Positions 49,556-61,147 of a stretch of 64,000 nucleotides of DNA are shown here, in pieces. The notes under the pieces were generated by a model. That model saw nothing but the letters and a program-made list of their open reading frames with translations, made no database searches and was not told the DNA's origin. The number at the start of each line of letters is the position of its first letter. Position 1 is the first letter of the stretch. The translations under genes and the position numbers were made by a program. Origin of the DNA: a candidate division FCPU426 bacterium (GTDB lineage Bacteria; Oederibacteriota; Muellerivitia; Muellerivitales; Muellerivitaceae); NCBI GenBank assembly GCA_963796105.1, contig CAWCKJ010000004.1, positions 288,001-352,000 of the forward strand, read 5' to 3'.

Positions 49556-50724
49556 TGTCTCGGCCCTCCCGCCGCGGCTACCGCGGCTTTGGCGGCCTCG
49601 TCCATACTGGAAGCGAAACTATAGGCGAGGTCGGATTTGGCCAGTATTTGCTTTCCTTGCTCCACGTTGGTCCCCTCCAAACGGATGACCATGGGCAGTT
49701 TCATGCCCACCTCCCGCGCGGCGTCCAGGATGCCCTGGGCGATCACATCGCATTTCATGATGCCCCCGAAAATATTGACGAGGACAGCCTTGACGCGGTT
49801 ATCTGACAGGATGAGTTTGAACGCCTCGGTGACCGCCTTGGTGGTGGCCCCTCCACCGACATCCAGAAAATTAGCCGGCGATCCCCCGAAATGCTGGATA
49901 GCGTCGGCTGTGGCCATGGCCAATCCCGCCCCGTTCACCAGGCAGCCGATACTGCCGTCCAGGGAGATGTAGGATAGGCCAAATTCGGAAGCCTGGAGTT
50001 CCCTGGAATCCTCCTCGTCCGGATCACGCCAGGAAGCGTATTCCTTGTGTCTCGGCAAGCCGTTGTCATCAAAGGAAATTTTCGCGTCAAGGCAGTGAAG
50101 ATCCCCGTTCTTTAGAACCACCAGAGGATTGACTTCCGCCAACGTCAAATCCAAGTCCAGGAATATTCGGACAAGGTCCTGGAACAATTTGGCTCCCTGG
50201 TTGATCTTATCCTGGGCCAAGCCCAAGGACAAATGAAGTTGGCGGGCTTGGTAGGGCTGTAATCCTATTACCGGATCCAGGGGAATCTTTTGGATGGCCC
50301 CGGGTTTTGTGGCCGCCAGTTCCTCGATCTCGGTGCCCCCTTCGGAAGAGGCCAAAATCACTGGACTACGGCTCGCCCGGTCAAGAACCACACCGACATA
50401 AAGTTCACGGACGTACCCCAAAGCGGGCGTGATGAATATTTTTTTGACTAGGCGCCCTTGCGGACCGGTCTGAGGAGAGACAAGGGTCATCCCCAAAATA
50501 TCGCTGGCTTTCTGGCGGAGCTCTTCCTCCGTCTTGACCAGCTTCACGCCCCCGCCCTTTCCCCTGCCGCCCGCGTGGATCTGGGCCTTTACCACCCAGG
50601 GCCCCTCAGGAAAGCGCTTCAGGACGTCGTCCACTTCTTGAAGATGCTTGACCACCATGCCGGGCGCCACAGGCAGTCCGTACTTGGCGAAGATTTCCTT
50701 GGCTTGGTATTCATGTAGTTTCAA
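49552..50724 (-). CDS. sucC: Succinyl-CoA synthetase beta subunit
   Basis: [40 protein letters not shown]. Confidence 0.97.
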   Translation of the reverse strand: MKLHEYQAKEIFAKYGLPVAPGMVVKHLQEVDDVLKRFPEGPWVVKAQIHAGGRGKGGGVKLVKTEEELRQKASDILGMTLVSPQTGPQGRLVKKIFITPALGYVRELYVGVVLDRASRSPVILASSEGGTEIEELAATKPGAIQKIPLDPVIGLQPYQARQLHLSLGLAQDKINQGAKLFQDLVRIFLDLDLTLAEVNPLVVLKNGDLHCLDAKISFDDNGLPRHKEYASWRDPDEEDSRELQASEFGLSYISLDGSIGCLVNGAGLAMATADAIQHFGGSPANFLDVGGGATTKAVTEAFKLILSDNRVKAVLVNIFGGIMKCDVIAQGILDAAREVGMKLPMVIRLEGTNVEQGKQILAKSDLAYSFASSMDEAAKAAVAAAGGPRQ

Positions 50725-50799
50725 AAAGCCCTCCCCTAAGGCTTTGGGATACGGCAGGGAGGCGGATTCATACCGCACCCAACCGAGAGTGAATACAAC

Positions 50800-52155
50800 T
50801 TAATGAAATTGGTTGTGGAATTTTTCCAGGTAGAGACTCCAAAAATCCATGACAACAGCTAAAACCATGAGCCCGATCACGAGGAACAACCCAACCTGTT
50901 GATAGACCATCTGCACCCTGACTGACACGGCTTTTCTCTTGATTCCCTCCACAAGACACAAAACTATCTGCCCCCCGTCCACCACAGGAATCGGAAGGAG
51001 GTTCATGATGCAAAGAACGAGGGAAATAAAAGCTATGATATTGAAGAACTCCTGCCAGCCTAACGACGCCTTTTGGTACATGACCCGCATAATGGTCACG
51101 GGACCGCCGATGTTATCTTTCAAGGAAATCTTACCTACCACCATTTCCCAGAGGGCATCCGCGTAAAGAAGCGTGGTCCCGGCGATTTTGGTTCCCGCCG
51201 CGCCGAAAGCTTCCATAGCGCCCATTTTACGGGAGTCGTATTCCATCGAATCCGAAGGGGAGATACCGATATGCTTATCCATCCCATCAAAAACTTTCTT
51301 TAACACCACTGGATAGGATTTTCCCTGTCTGGAAACCTGGAGATGAATCTCATCCGTTTTGGAATGATGAATGTTATAACTTATCTCTCCCCACTCAGAG
51401 ACATTCTGCCCGTCAACACTCACGATAACATCCCCTTCCATCAGGCCCGCTTTCCGAGCGGGGGAAGAAAAAGGCACCATCCCTATTACAGGAGGAAGCG
51501 ATTGAAATATTCCCAACTCAAAATCTTTCTTTTTAAGGTCGCCTGATAAAGTGCAATCGAAAGTTTTACCTTCCCGTTCCAGGGTAAGGGATACCCCGGC
51601 TTCGGGCTTTTTTTCTAACTTATCCAGTATATCTTCCACTGCCCGGTAAAGATTCTGGTAAGACTCTCCATTGACTTTCAGGAGGCGATCCCCTTTTTTC
51701 ATACCCGCAATCTCGGCCGCGCTGTGGGGAGGGATAAACCCCAATATTGGTTTTTCCATCGGGACCTTGTCCCCAATAACCCAAAAAAGGAGGAAATACA
51801 AGCAAAACGCTGAAACGAAATTCATGCCGGGACCGGCCAGGAAGATAAATATCCTCTTCCACCAGGCGGCGTTGAGAAAATCACCAGGTTCCGGGGGCTT
51901 CTCGTACATTTTCTCGGCGCTTTCTCCGCTCAGGTCCCCGCCTTGTGGTTTGCAGAATCCCCCCAGGGGAAATGCCCTGATGGAATAGAGCGTTTTCCCC
52001 CACTTCCGGCTTGTAAGGAGCGGCCCAAATCCCAATGCGAACTCCTCAACCTCGACTTTGAATAGCCGGCAAACGAGGAAGTGGCCCCCCTCGTGGATGA
52101 AAATCATGAATCCGAAAGCCACGATAACTTCTATCAGCCAACCAATTGAGTTCAT
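50800..52155 (-). CDS. rseP: Site-2 intramembrane metalloprotease with two PDZ domains
   Basis: HEGGH, AGPGMN, NLLPIPVVDGG. Confidence 0.95.
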   Translation of the reverse strand: MNSIGWLIEVIVAFGFMIFIHEGGHFLVCRLFKVEVEEFALGFGPLLTSRKWGKTLYSIRAFPLGGFCKPQGGDLSGESAEKMYEKPPEPGDFLNAAWWKRIFIFLAGPGMNFVSAFCLYFLLFWVIGDKVPMEKPILGFIPPHSAAEIAGMKKGDRLLKVNGESYQNLYRAVEDILDKLEKKPEAGVSLTLEREGKTFDCTLSGDLKKKDFELGIFQSLPPVIGMVPFSSPARKAGLMEGDVIVSVDGQNVSEWGEISYNIHHSKTDEIHLQVSRQGKSYPVVLKKVFDGMDKHIGISPSDSMEYDSRKMGAMEAFGAAGTKIAGTTLLYADALWEMVVGKISLKDNIGGPVTIMRVMYQKASLGWQEFFNIIAFISLVLCIMNLLPIPVVDGGQIVLCLVEGIKRKAVSVRVQMVYQQVGLFLVIGLMVLAVVMDFWSLYLEKFHNQFH

Positions 52156-52164
52156 GAGATTTCC

Positions 52165-53322
52165 TTAAAGGATTTTGGCCGCTTGTGAACGGGCCCATCG
52201 ATCGGCCATCAATATACCATCGAGGGTCCCATTTGTCAGGGAACGGTATTTTGCCAGTGTTTTCTCGATGATTCTAGGGATATCGCTGAAACTGATTTCC
52301 TCCCTTAAAAACCGGCCCACTGCCACCTCATTGGCCGCGTTTAGGACCGCGGGAAAAGTGCCGCCCTTTTTCCCCGCCTCATATGCCAGGTCCACGCATG
52401 GAAACTTTTTCCGGTCAGGTTTCTCGAAGTGGAGTTTACCCGCTTTGGACAGGTCCAGCCTTTCAACAGGTGTTTTCTTTCGTTCGGGATAGGTCAGGGC
52501 GAATTGGATGGGAATCTGCATATCAGTGGTCCCCAGTTGGGCCAGAACCGACCCGTCAATAAATTCCACCATGGAATGCACGATAGATTCGGGATGGATC
52601 ACGATTTCGATTTTTTGGAAAGTCGTATTGAAAAGATAATGCGCCTCGATGACCTCCAGCCCCTTATTCATCAGGGTGGCCGAGTCGATAGTGATTTTCG
52701 GGCCCATGCGCCAGGTCGGGTGGTTCAGGGCTTCCTTCAAAGTGATTTTATGGAAGTGTTTCTGGTGTAGAAGGCGGAATGGGCCGCCGGAAGCCGTCAG
52801 AATGATCCGATGAATTTCAGTTTCAGGCTTGTGGCATCCCGCCAGACATTGGAATATCGCGCAATGTTCACTGTCAACTGGAAGAATTTTGGATCCCGAT
52901 TTCAAAGCCGCCTTTGTCACCACTTCCCCGGCCATGACCATGGTTTCCTTGTTTGCCAGGGCGATATCCTTTCCTCTTTGGATGGCGGTCAAGGTCGGCC
53001 TCAATCCCGCCGCTCCCACGATGGCGGAAAGCACCATATCGGCTCCCGATTCGGCCGCAACCGCCACCAGCCCTTCCTCCCCGCCCAGGATTCGGGTTGG
53101 AATCCCACTTGTGAGACTCTTAAGCGGTGAAACCAAGCTCTCGTCCATAACCGCGGCTAACTTAGGATGGAATGCCTTGATTTGTTTTGCCAATTCCCTG
53201 ATATTTCGATTGGCCGTCAAACCCGTTATCCGAAAACTCGGTTTGAGTTTTCGGACGACTTTGAGGGTGGATAAGCCTATGGAACCGGTGGAACCCAGAA
53301 TGGCTATGTTTTTAAATGGCAA
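52165..53322 (-). CDS. dxr: 1-deoxy-D-xylulose 5-phosphate reductoisomerase
   Basis: LGSTGSIG, ALANKE, PVDSEH, HPTWRMG. Confidence 0.98.
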   Translation of the reverse strand: MPFKNIAILGSTGSIGLSTLKVVRKLKPSFRITGLTANRNIRELAKQIKAFHPKLAAVMDESLVSPLKSLTSGIPTRILGGEEGLVAVAAESGADMVLSAIVGAAGLRPTLTAIQRGKDIALANKETMVMAGEVVTKAALKSGSKILPVDSEHCAIFQCLAGCHKPETEIHRIILTASGGPFRLLHQKHFHKITLKEALNHPTWRMGPKITIDSATLMNKGLEVIEAHYLFNTTFQKIEIVIHPESIVHSMVEFIDGSVLAQLGTTDMQIPIQFALTYPERKKTPVERLDLSKAGKLHFEKPDRKKFPCVDLAYEAGKKGGTFPAVLNAANEVAVGRFLREEISFSDIPRIIEKTLAKYRSLTNGTLDGILMADRWARSQAAKIL

Positions 53323-53414
53323 GTCATTAACCTCGGTAACGATACCCCCGTACGAGAGGGATTTAATAGGTGGATTATATCACTCGTAAATTTCCCAATA
53401 GGGCGTTAAACATG

Positions 53415-53438
53415 AAAGGCGGCCTTTCGGCCGCCTCC
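53415..53438 (-). terminator. Terminator after dnaK
   Basis: AGGCGGCC-GAAA-GGCCGCCT followed by TT. Confidence 0.7.
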
Positions 53439-53466
53439 AATAAAATGTTCGAGTTTTCACTAATAA

Positions 53467-55398
53467 TTATTTTTTGTCCTTATCCATGGGCTCGTATTCC
53501 GCGTCCACAGCCCCGTCATTCTTCTCCTTTTCCTCTGGTTTGGGGGTTTCCGCTGTTTGGGCACCAGACGCCGCCTGTTTCTCGGCGGTCGCTTTGTACA
53601 TGGCTTCCCCAAGCTTCATGGAGGCTTCGGTCAACTCCTCCGTGGCTTTTTTAATGGCCTCGGCATCCTCACCCGTGATGACTTTTTTCAAGGCCTCCAG
53701 CTTTTCCTCGATCTTCTTTTTGGTGTCGCCATCCACCTTATCCCCGTATTCCTTGAGGGCCTTCTCGGTGGAATAGAGCAGGGTATCCGCGTGGTTCCTC
53801 GCCTCGATTTTTTCCTTCTTTTTCTTGTCCTCGTCGGCGTGGGCTTCGGCGTCCTTTTGCATTTTCTTGATCTCGTCGTCTGACAACCCCGAGGAGGGAG
53901 TGATTCGGATAGACTGTTCCTTGCCAGTCCCCAGGTCCTTGGCCGCGACATGCAGGATTCCATTGGCGTCGATGTTAAAGGTGACCTCAATCTGAGGAAC
54001 ACCACGGGGAGCCGGCGGTATACCCACTAGGTCGAACCGTCCAAGGGTTCGGTTGTCGGAAGCCATCTCCCTTTCCCCTTGGAGGACATGGATAGAAACC
54101 GTGCTTTGTCCATCAGCGGCCGTGGAAAAAATCTGGCTCTTCTTGACCGGGATGGTTGTGTTGCGGTCGATGATCCGGGTCATGACCCCTCCCAGTGTTT
54201 CCACACCCAGGGAGAGGGGTGTGACGTCCAGCAAAAGCACGTCCTTAACCTCGCCTTTCAAGACCCCGGCCTGGATGGCCGCGCCGATCGCCACAACCTC
54301 GTCCGGATTTACGCCTTTATGAGGCTCCTTCTGGAAAAACTCCTTCACGGTTTTGATGACTAGCGGCATACGGGTCATGCCGCCCACCAGCACCACTTCA
54401 TTGATGTCATCCACGCCCAAACCCGCGTCCTTCAGGGCTTTCCGGCATGGCTCGATGGTCTTGTCCACGTAGTCCCCCACCAACTGCTCCAGCTTGGACC
54501 GAGTCAGTTTGACGTTCAAATGCTTGGGGCCAGAGGCGTCGGCCGTGATGAAGGGCAGGTTAATCTCGGTTTCCTGGGTGGTGGAAAGATCGATTTTCGC
54601 CTTCTCCGCTCCTTCTTTCAGCCGCTGTAAAGCCATCCGGTCGTTCTTCAAGTCGACTCCGTTGTCCTTTTTGAACTCCTCCACGAGCCACTGGATGATT
54701 TTCTGGTCAAAGTCATCGCCCCCAAGGTGGGTATCCCCATTGGTGGATTTTACCTCGAAAACGCCGTCCCCCAGCTCCAGGATGGAGATGTCGAAAGTTC
54801 CCCCGCCCAGGTCGTAAACCGCGATTTTCTCGTTCTTTTGCTTTTTGTCCAAGCCGTAGGCCAGCGCCGCCGCGGTCGGTTCGTTGATGATGCGAAGAAC
54901 TTCCAGGCCTGCGATTTTGCCAGCGTCCTTTGTGGCTTGGCGCTGCGCATCGTTGAAATAAGCCGGCACCGTGATGACTGCCTCTGTGATTGCCCCTCCT
55001 ACATAGGCTTCCGCGTCCGCCTTGAGTTTTTGCAGGATCATGGCCGAGATCTCGGGTGGTGAGTATTCCTTGTCGTCGATCTTCACGCGGACATCGCCAT
55101 TGGAGGCTTCTTTCATGACGTATGGCACCATTTTCCGGTCCATCTCAACTTCCGAGTCATGAAGCTTCCTGCCCATGAAGCGCTTGATGGAGTAAACCGT
55201 GTTAGTGGGGTTGGTGATGGCCTGGTTCTTGGCGACACGGCCGACCAGCCTTTCCCCTGTTTTAGAAAAACCCACCACGGAAGGCGTCGTTCGGGCGCCT
55301 TCCGAATTGGCGATGACTTTCGGTTCTCCGCCTTCCATGATAGCCATGCATGAATTGGTCGTTCCCAAATCGATTCCCAATACTTTGTTTGTTGCCAT
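53467..55398 (-). CDS. dnaK: Chaperone DnaK
   Basis: [25 protein letters not shown]. Confidence 0.99.
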   Translation of the reverse strand: MATNKVLGIDLGTTNSCMAIMEGGEPKVIANSEGARTTPSVVGFSKTGERLVGRVAKNQAITNPTNTVYSIKRFMGRKLHDSEVEMDRKMVPYVMKEASNGDVRVKIDDKEYSPPEISAMILQKLKADAEAYVGGAITEAVITVPAYFNDAQRQATKDAGKIAGLEVLRIINEPTAAALAYGLDKKQKNEKIAVYDLGGGTFDISILELGDGVFEVKSTNGDTHLGGDDFDQKIIQWLVEEFKKDNGVDLKNDRMALQRLKEGAEKAKIDLSTTQETEINLPFITADASGPKHLNVKLTRSKLEQLVGDYVDKTIEPCRKALKDAGLGVDDINEVVLVGGMTRMPLVIKTVKEFFQKEPHKGVNPDEVVAIGAAIQAGVLKGEVKDVLLLDVTPLSLGVETLGGVMTRIIDRNTTIPVKKSQIFSTAADGQSTVSIHVLQGEREMASDNRTLGRFDLVGIPPAPRGVPQIEVTFNIDANGILHVAAKDLGTGKEQSIRITPSSGLSDDEIKKMQKDAEAHADEDKKKKEKIEARNHADTLLYSTEKALKEYGDKVDGDTKKKIEEKLEALKKVITGEDAEAIKKATEELTEASMKLGEAMYKATAEKQAASGAQTAETPKPEEKEKNDGAVDAEYEPMDKDKK

Positions 55399-55517
55399 TT
55401 TAAAACTCCTCTTTTTTTCTTCTCTTCCCGCCCTTACTCGGGCTAGGATTTAAAACCTCAATTTTTATAGATTCCTTGCCGCGAACGCTTCGGAGCGAGA
55501 TTTGCGCCGCTGGAGAC

Positions 55518-56114
55518 TCACCTGTGGTTTTTGGCCACCTTCACCATGGCGGGGCGTAAGACCCGATCCTGAAGCATATAGCCGCTTTGCAGCTCCTCCA
55601 ATACGGTTTGATCCGGATACTGGGTTGTTTCTTCCTGGAACATGACTTGATGGAACCGGGGATCAAACATCTCGCCCAGAACCTTCATTTTTGTTACCCC
55701 ATTTTTCTCCAAAAGGGAATGGAACTGGCGCAAAGTCAATTCCACGCCTTGTTTGAGACCCAGGAATCCCTGATCCAGATCGTCCTTCGGCATGGAAGTC
55801 ATGGCCCTTTCCAGGTTATCCACGACTATCAGCAATTCCTTCAGCAACGCGGTTTGGGAGAATTTAAGGAACTCCTCTTTTTCCTTCAAGACCCTTTTTT
55901 TATAGTTATCAAAGTCGGCCGCCATCCACACCAGCCTGTCTTTAACTTCGTCATATTTTTGTTTCCATTCCTCGATTTCAGCGCCGGAGGCAACGCTTTT
56001 ATTTGTTTTTTCGTTGGCGTTGAGGCCTTCTTCCTTCGGTTCGGGAGATCCGGAAAGAATTTCCACTTCGTTTTCTAGATTGCCAGAGTCCGCATTGAAA
56101 GGAATTTCCACCAT
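55518..56114 (-). CDS. grpE: Nucleotide exchange factor GrpE
   Basis: ADFDNYKKR, DNLERA, FDPRFH, GY.L.DRVLRPAMVKV. Confidence 0.97.
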   Translation of the reverse strand: MVEIPFNADSGNLENEVEILSGSPEPKEEGLNANEKTNKSVASGAEIEEWKQKYDEVKDRLVWMAADFDNYKKRVLKEKEEFLKFSQTALLKELLIVVDNLERAMTSMPKDDLDQGFLGLKQGVELTLRQFHSLLEKNGVTKMKVLGEMFDPRFHQVMFQEETTQYPDQTVLEELQSGYMLQDRVLRPAMVKVAKNHR

Positions 56115-56117
56115 GGC

Positions 56118-57155
56118 TCACCATTCCCTTCGGGAAAAAGTGTCTTCCAAAAATCTGGCTAAATGGTCGACAATCCCCGCAACTCGGTCATAAGGCATCC
56201 GGGTGGGCCCCAGAACACCCACTGCGCCCACCACTCTCCCCTTGAGTGTATAGGGGACATGAACAAAGGAAAAATCCCGCAAAGACTGCTCCGAAAACTC
56301 TCCCCCGATTTCAAAAGATAGCCCGGTCCGGTCCCAACTGCGGTTGAAGCATTGGGCAAGAGGTCGCTTTTCCTCCACCAACCTCAATACTTTTTCCATC
56401 ATTTCCGCGTTTTGAAACTCAGGCTGCTCCATTAAGCGGGAAGCGCCCTCCAAATGAATCTGATCATACTCGTATCGGAGCGCCCCATCGATCATCCTCA
56501 AGGTGGCTTCCAAAATATCAAGCTGGGCGTTCTTGACCGACTCCGCCTCCCTTAAGAGCGACTCGCGGATATCCACCAGACTCATGCCCTTGAACCTTGA
56601 ATTCAAGAGCTGGGTGATTCGCCCCACTTCCTTAAGTTTTACCGGGGCGTCCAAATGGACCAATTCTTCCTTGAGTAGTCCGTTTCCCAGGACCAACAAA
56701 ACCATTATTTTCTTCGCGTCGATGGCCACAAGGTTGACGTGATCAAGGGATATTTCCTGGGGCGTGTGATAAACCGCTAAGCCCGCCAGCCGGGTCATGG
56801 CGGCCAGGATCTTGGCGGTATGCCTCATTAGGTTTTTCACCTCATCCTTTGTTTCCTCGTACTGCTGTTCAATAATTTGTTTTTCTCTTTCGTTCAACCG
56901 ACGCGCCTGCATCAGGCGGTCCACGTAAAAACGGTAGGCCGAATCGAGCGGAATGCGTCCGGCCGAGGTATGGGGATGGGTGAGATAGCCCATGTTTTCC
57001 AATTCCAAAAGAACATTACGGACCGTGGCTGAGGAAATATCCATGCTTTCCGCGATAACTTGCGACCCCACCGGTTTAGCGGAATCCACATAGTGACGGA
57101 TAACAGAAGAAAGGATTTTTTCCTCTCGAGTTGTTAATGGTTGGCTGACAGCCAA
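56118..57155 (-). CDS. hrcA: Heat-inducible transcription repressor
   Basis: PVGS, SSATVRN, HTSAGRIP, YRFYVD, GPTRMPY. Confidence 0.97.
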   Translation of the reverse strand: MAVSQPLTTREEKILSSVIRHYVDSAKPVGSQVIAESMDISSATVRNVLLELENMGYLTHPHTSAGRIPLDSAYRFYVDRLMQARRLNEREKQIIEQQYEETKDEVKNLMRHTAKILAAMTRLAGLAVYHTPQEISLDHVNLVAIDAKKIMVLLVLGNGLLKEELVHLDAPVKLKEVGRITQLLNSRFKGMSLVDIRESLLREAESVKNAQLDILEATLRMIDGALRYEYDQIHLEGASRLMEQPEFQNAEMMEKVLRLVEEKRPLAQCFNRSWDRTGLSFEIGGEFSEQSLRDFSFVHVPYTLKGRVVGAVGVLGPTRMPYDRVAGIVDHLARFLEDTFSRREW

Positions 57156-57272
57156 TGGAGTTCTCCAAAAAAAGAAGTGTTAAGGCCCTTTAATAATAAG
57201 TTGAGATCAGGGAAAGTCAACTTCCCATCCCAACACCTCCCGTCTCAAAAACCACTAAAACAAGGAAATTCC

Positions 57273-58379
57273 TCAAGCCATCAAAGTTTGCAAAATCGCA
57301 TTAAGCGTAAAGTACCCTTGGGAAGTGACCCGATAACGGCCTTGAGTAAAAGACAATTTGCCTAGTTTGAGGAAGAACGAAAATTTATTTTCATAAGATA
57401 TTCCCGCCATATCTGCGTAATGTTGTATTTCTTCTTTTAAAATGCCATCCCTCGTTCGCAAGCCCAGCATTATTTTCTCGAATTCGAGAATGGATTGCGC
57501 GAGTTTTTCAGTCCGCAACGCCGGCCCTTTCCCCTCATTTTCGATGTATTCCTTCAAATCATCCCTATGTGAATACCGGCAACCCTTCACTGTCCCCACT
57601 GCCGAGACCCCAAAACCCCAATAGTCTTCTCCCCGCCAAACATTCCAATTGTGGAGGCAATGTTTATCCGAACGGGCGTAATTGGACACTTCGTATTGCT
57701 CGAAACCCCGCTGAACGAGAAATTCCTGGGCAAAAGCGTACTGATCCGCAGATTCATCCTCGCTTGGCAAGACTAAACCTTGCTGGACCTGCTTTGATAA
57801 AGGAGTGCCCTCTTCCACTTGCAAAGCATAAAGGGATAAATGGTCCGGAGCTAAACTGACTGCTTGTTCCAGGGATTCTTTGAACTTTTCCAGGGTTTGT
57901 CCCGGGAGGCCAAACATGAGGTCTAAGTTGATATTCTCGAAACCCGCGTTCCTAGCGTCTTGGAAAGAAAGTTCGACTTGGCTCCAATCATGCCCCCGGC
58001 CTAATCTTTTTAAAATATCCTTTTGAAATGCCTGGGCTCCGAAACTCAACCGGTTGATCCCTAAAAACCGGTAGCCCGCCAACTTTGGCAAATCAACGGT
58101 TTCAGGATTCGCCTCCAGGGAAATCTCCGCGTGAGGTTCAAGCAAAACCTTGGCTTTCATTCGACTCAACAGTCTTTCCAGTTGTTGAACTGAGAGGGTC
58201 GAGGGGGTACCCCCTCCGAAATAGAGGGTTTTCAAGGGCCCCTCCAAGTCGGACGCGGTTACCTCCCGGCCAAGAGCCTCAACATAGGTGTCCATTTTTA
58301 ATTTTTGTCCGGCAAAGGACGTGAAATCGCAGTAGGAACAAATGGACGCGCAAAAAGGGATGTGAACGTAAACATTCAT
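57273..58379 (-). CDS. hemW: Radical SAM heme chaperone (HemN-like)
   Basis: YVHIPFC..C.YCDF, YFGGGTPS, YEVSNYA; located between lepA and hrcA. Confidence 0.92.
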   Translation of the reverse strand: MNVYVHIPFCASICSYCDFTSFAGQKLKMDTYVEALGREVTASDLEGPLKTLYFGGGTPSTLSVQQLERLLSRMKAKVLLEPHAEISLEANPETVDLPKLAGYRFLGINRLSFGAQAFQKDILKRLGRGHDWSQVELSFQDARNAGFENINLDLMFGLPGQTLEKFKESLEQAVSLAPDHLSLYALQVEEGTPLSKQVQQGLVLPSEDESADQYAFAQEFLVQRGFEQYEVSNYARSDKHCLHNWNVWRGEDYWGFGVSAVGTVKGCRYSHRDDLKEYIENEGKGPALRTEKLAQSILEFEKIMLGLRTRDGILKEEIQHYADMAGISYENKFSFFLKLGKLSFTQGRYRVTSQGYFTLNAILQTLMA

Positions 58380-58428
58380 GGAATTAGGCTTGTGTCAGGT
58401 AACATTTGTTCTTTCAAATGATTTTTCT

Positions 58429-59163
58429 TCAATGGATAATTGAAAACATTCGATGAAAACAAAATTTGATGGAGTCCCAAAAAACTCCGAAATTAGAAAA
58501 ATGGAGGCTGTGCCAATAAATAGCCCAAGCCCTTCCTTTGATGAGTTTTACATCCAATTGTCCCCAATAACGGGAATCATAACTATTGTCCCGGTTGTCC
58601 CCCATCATGAAATAATGTCCAGGCTCCACCGTGACAGGGCCGAAATTATCCCTCATTCCGTTTAAATAATCCCCGGCTGATTCAATGTTGGGGTCGATAT
58701 GCTTGATATAAGGCTCAATTTGTTTGATGCCGTTAATATAAAGATCCTTTTTTTTGCATTCAATCACATCGCCTGGCGTCCCTATACATCGTTTGACAAA
58801 GTCCTTGGTATGATCCACGGGATAAACAAAAACCAGGATATCCCCATGACGGGGTTTCTTGAATTGCAAGAACCTGGGTGTGCTGTTCCAAATGGAGTAC
58901 CCATACTCATATTTTTTCACAAGGATGTAGTCACCGATTTGCAAAGTGTCCTCCATGCTTCCGGAAGGGATGGTGAATGGCTGAAGCAGAACCGCTTTCA
59001 AACTCAGGGCCAGTAATATGGCTACCCACAGGGAATCGACCGTTTCCACGATCCCCTTTAAACCCTCGTTTTTCCTGATGGAAGGTAATCCCCATTTCAT
59101 GACGATTTCTAATAGGGTCAATATTCCCGCCGCGGCGTATAGGTAATAATTCAGGTTTTCCAT
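58429..59163 (-). CDS. lepB: Signal peptidase I
   Basis: IPSGSMEDTL, FVKRCIG.PGD, GDNRDNS.DSR. Confidence 0.96.
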   Translation of the reverse strand: MENLNYYLYAAAGILTLLEIVMKWGLPSIRKNEGLKGIVETVDSLWVAILLALSLKAVLLQPFTIPSGSMEDTLQIGDYILVKKYEYGYSIWNSTPRFLQFKKPRHGDILVFVYPVDHTKDFVKRCIGTPGDVIECKKKDLYINGIKQIEPYIKHIDPNIESAGDYLNGMRDNFGPVTVEPGHYFMMGDNRDNSYDSRYWGQLDVKLIKGRAWAIYWHSLHFSNFGVFWDSIKFCFHRMFSIIH

Positions 59164-59185
59164 TTTCCCTCTTTTCCTTTGGACG

Positions 59186-61006
59186 CTATTCTTCCACCTT
59201 CAAGACCGCCAGGAAAGCTTCCTGGGGTATTTCTACCTGTCCGATGGATTTCATCCGCTTCTTTCCTTCCTTCTGCTTTTCCAGTAGTTTCCGTTTTCTT
59301 GTGATGTCCCCACCGTAGCATTTGGCTAGGACGTCTTTTCGGCGGGCGCGAACCGTTTCCCGGGCGATAACCTTTCCACCGATAGCCGCCTGAATAGGCA
59401 CCTCGAAAAGTTGGCGGGGGATGATTTCTTTGAGTTTTTCAGCGATACTCCGGCCCCTGGCTTCCGATTTGTCAACATGGGTCATGAAGGACAATGCGTC
59501 CACCGGCTCCCCATTTAAAAGAATATCCACCTTGACCACATCTCCCGGTCGATGGCCGATGGGTTCATAGTCAAGGGAAGCGTATCCCTTGGTTCCGCTT
59601 TTCAAGCGGTCAAAAAAATCCATCACCACCTCGGCCAAGGGCAACTCGTAGGTAATCTGAGCACGGGTAGGGTCCAAGAAATGGGTATCCTTGTGGGTCC
59701 CCCGGCGGTCCTGGCAAAGGGTCATCACCGCTCCTATGTAATCGGAGGGGGTGATGATCCTGGCGTCAATATAGGGCTCGTCGATTTCTTCAATCATCGA
59801 AGGATTAGGAAGTTTTGCCGGATTGTCCACCATGATCACATCGCCGTTGGTCTTTTGGATCCTGTACACCACGCTGGGAGCGGTGGCGATGAGGTTCAAG
59901 CCGTATTCCCTTTCCAAACGCTCCTGGACTATTTCCATGTGCAGAAGCCCCAGGAACCCGCAGCGAAAACCAAAAGAAAGGGCCGCTGAGGTTTCAGGTT
60001 CGAAGGAAAGAGCCCCGTCGGAAAGTTTGAGCTTCGAGAGAGCCTCTTTCAAATCGTTGTAATCCTCCGAATTCACTGGATAAAGGCCGCAAAAAACCAT
60101 CGGAAGAACATCCTTGAAGCCCGGCAGAGGGTTGTCCGTGGGCTTGTTTTCTTCAGTGATCGTGTCCCCGACTTTGGCGTCTTTGGCTTCCTTGATGTTG
60201 GCGGCAACGTATCCCACTTCACCAGCCGAGAGTTTTTCTGATTTTTCCATTTTAGGCTTGAAGACGCCGACTTCCTCCACCTCGAAAACCTTGCCAGTAG
60301 CCATGAATTTCATTCGGGTGCCCCGTCCAATGGCTCCGTTGAACATTCGGATAAAAACAATCACTCCCCGGTAAGGATCGAACATGGAATCGAAGATCAA
60401 GCCCTTCAAGGGCTCCTGCGTCTCGCCTGTTGGATGGGGAACCCTTTTGACAATCGCCTCAAGGATTTCCTGGATTCCTGTTCCTTCCTTTGCCGAAGCC
60501 TGAATGGCTTCGGAACTGTCCAGGGCGAGGGACTCCTCCATTTGGGCCTTGCATCGGTTGACGTCGGCGGCGGGCAAGTCGATCTTATTAATAACGGGAA
60601 TGATGGCCAATTTCTGGTCCATGGCGAGGAACGCATTGGCGAGAGTCTGGGCTTCCACACCCTGGGAAGCGTCGATCAAAAGAAGGGCTCCCTCGCAAGC
60701 CTTGAGGCTTCGGGAAACCTCGTAATTGAAATCCACATGCCCAGGGGTGTCAATCAGGTTCATCTCGTAGGTCTTGCCGTCCAGCGCCTTATAAAAAAAC
60801 CGGACAGCCTTGGCCTTGATGGTGATTCCCCTCTCCCGCTCCAAATCCATCTGGTCCATGAGCTGGGCCCTCATCTCCCTGGGGGGGATGGCTCCCGTAA
60901 ACTCCAGTAAACGGTCCGCCAAGGTGCTTTTGCCATGGTCAATATGGGCGATAATGCAGAAATTTCGGATGTGCTCAAGCGCCAAGGGACTACCTCTTCC
61001 GGTCAT
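59186..61006 (-). CDS. lepA: Elongation factor 4
   Basis: [42 protein letters not shown]. Confidence 0.98.
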   Translation of the reverse strand: MTGRGSPLALEHIRNFCIIAHIDHGKSTLADRLLEFTGAIPPREMRAQLMDQMDLERERGITIKAKAVRFFYKALDGKTYEMNLIDTPGHVDFNYEVSRSLKACEGALLLIDASQGVEAQTLANAFLAMDQKLAIIPVINKIDLPAADVNRCKAQMEESLALDSSEAIQASAKEGTGIQEILEAIVKRVPHPTGETQEPLKGLIFDSMFDPYRGVIVFIRMFNGAIGRGTRMKFMATGKVFEVEEVGVFKPKMEKSEKLSAGEVGYVAANIKEAKDAKVGDTITEENKPTDNPLPGFKDVLPMVFCGLYPVNSEDYNDLKEALSKLKLSDGALSFEPETSAALSFGFRCGFLGLLHMEIVQERLEREYGLNLIATAPSVVYRIQKTNGDVIMVDNPAKLPNPSMIEEIDEPYIDARIITPSDYIGAVMTLCQDRRGTHKDTHFLDPTRAQITYELPLAEVVMDFFDRLKSGTKGYASLDYEPIGHRPGDVVKVDILLNGEPVDALSFMTHVDKSEARGRSIAEKLKEIIPRQLFEVPIQAAIGGKVIARETVRARRKDVLAKCYGGDITRKRKLLEKQKEGKKRMKSIGQVEIPQEAFLAVLKVEE

Positions 61007-61102
61007 TTTTTAAAGGGGCCTAGTATAAGACAGTGAATTTCTAAAAAGAAGGAAGTAAAATTTTACTCTTCGAGCTATACGTTATTTTAAAGGGCCTAAA
61101 AT

Positions 61103-61132
61103 AAAAAAAGGCGGCCCCAAAAAGGGCCGCCT
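61103..61132 (-). terminator. Terminator after the CBM-lipoprotein operon
   Basis: GGCGGCCC-loop-GGGCCGCC followed by T7. Confidence 0.8.
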
Positions 61133-61147
61133 AACCATAAAAATTAA

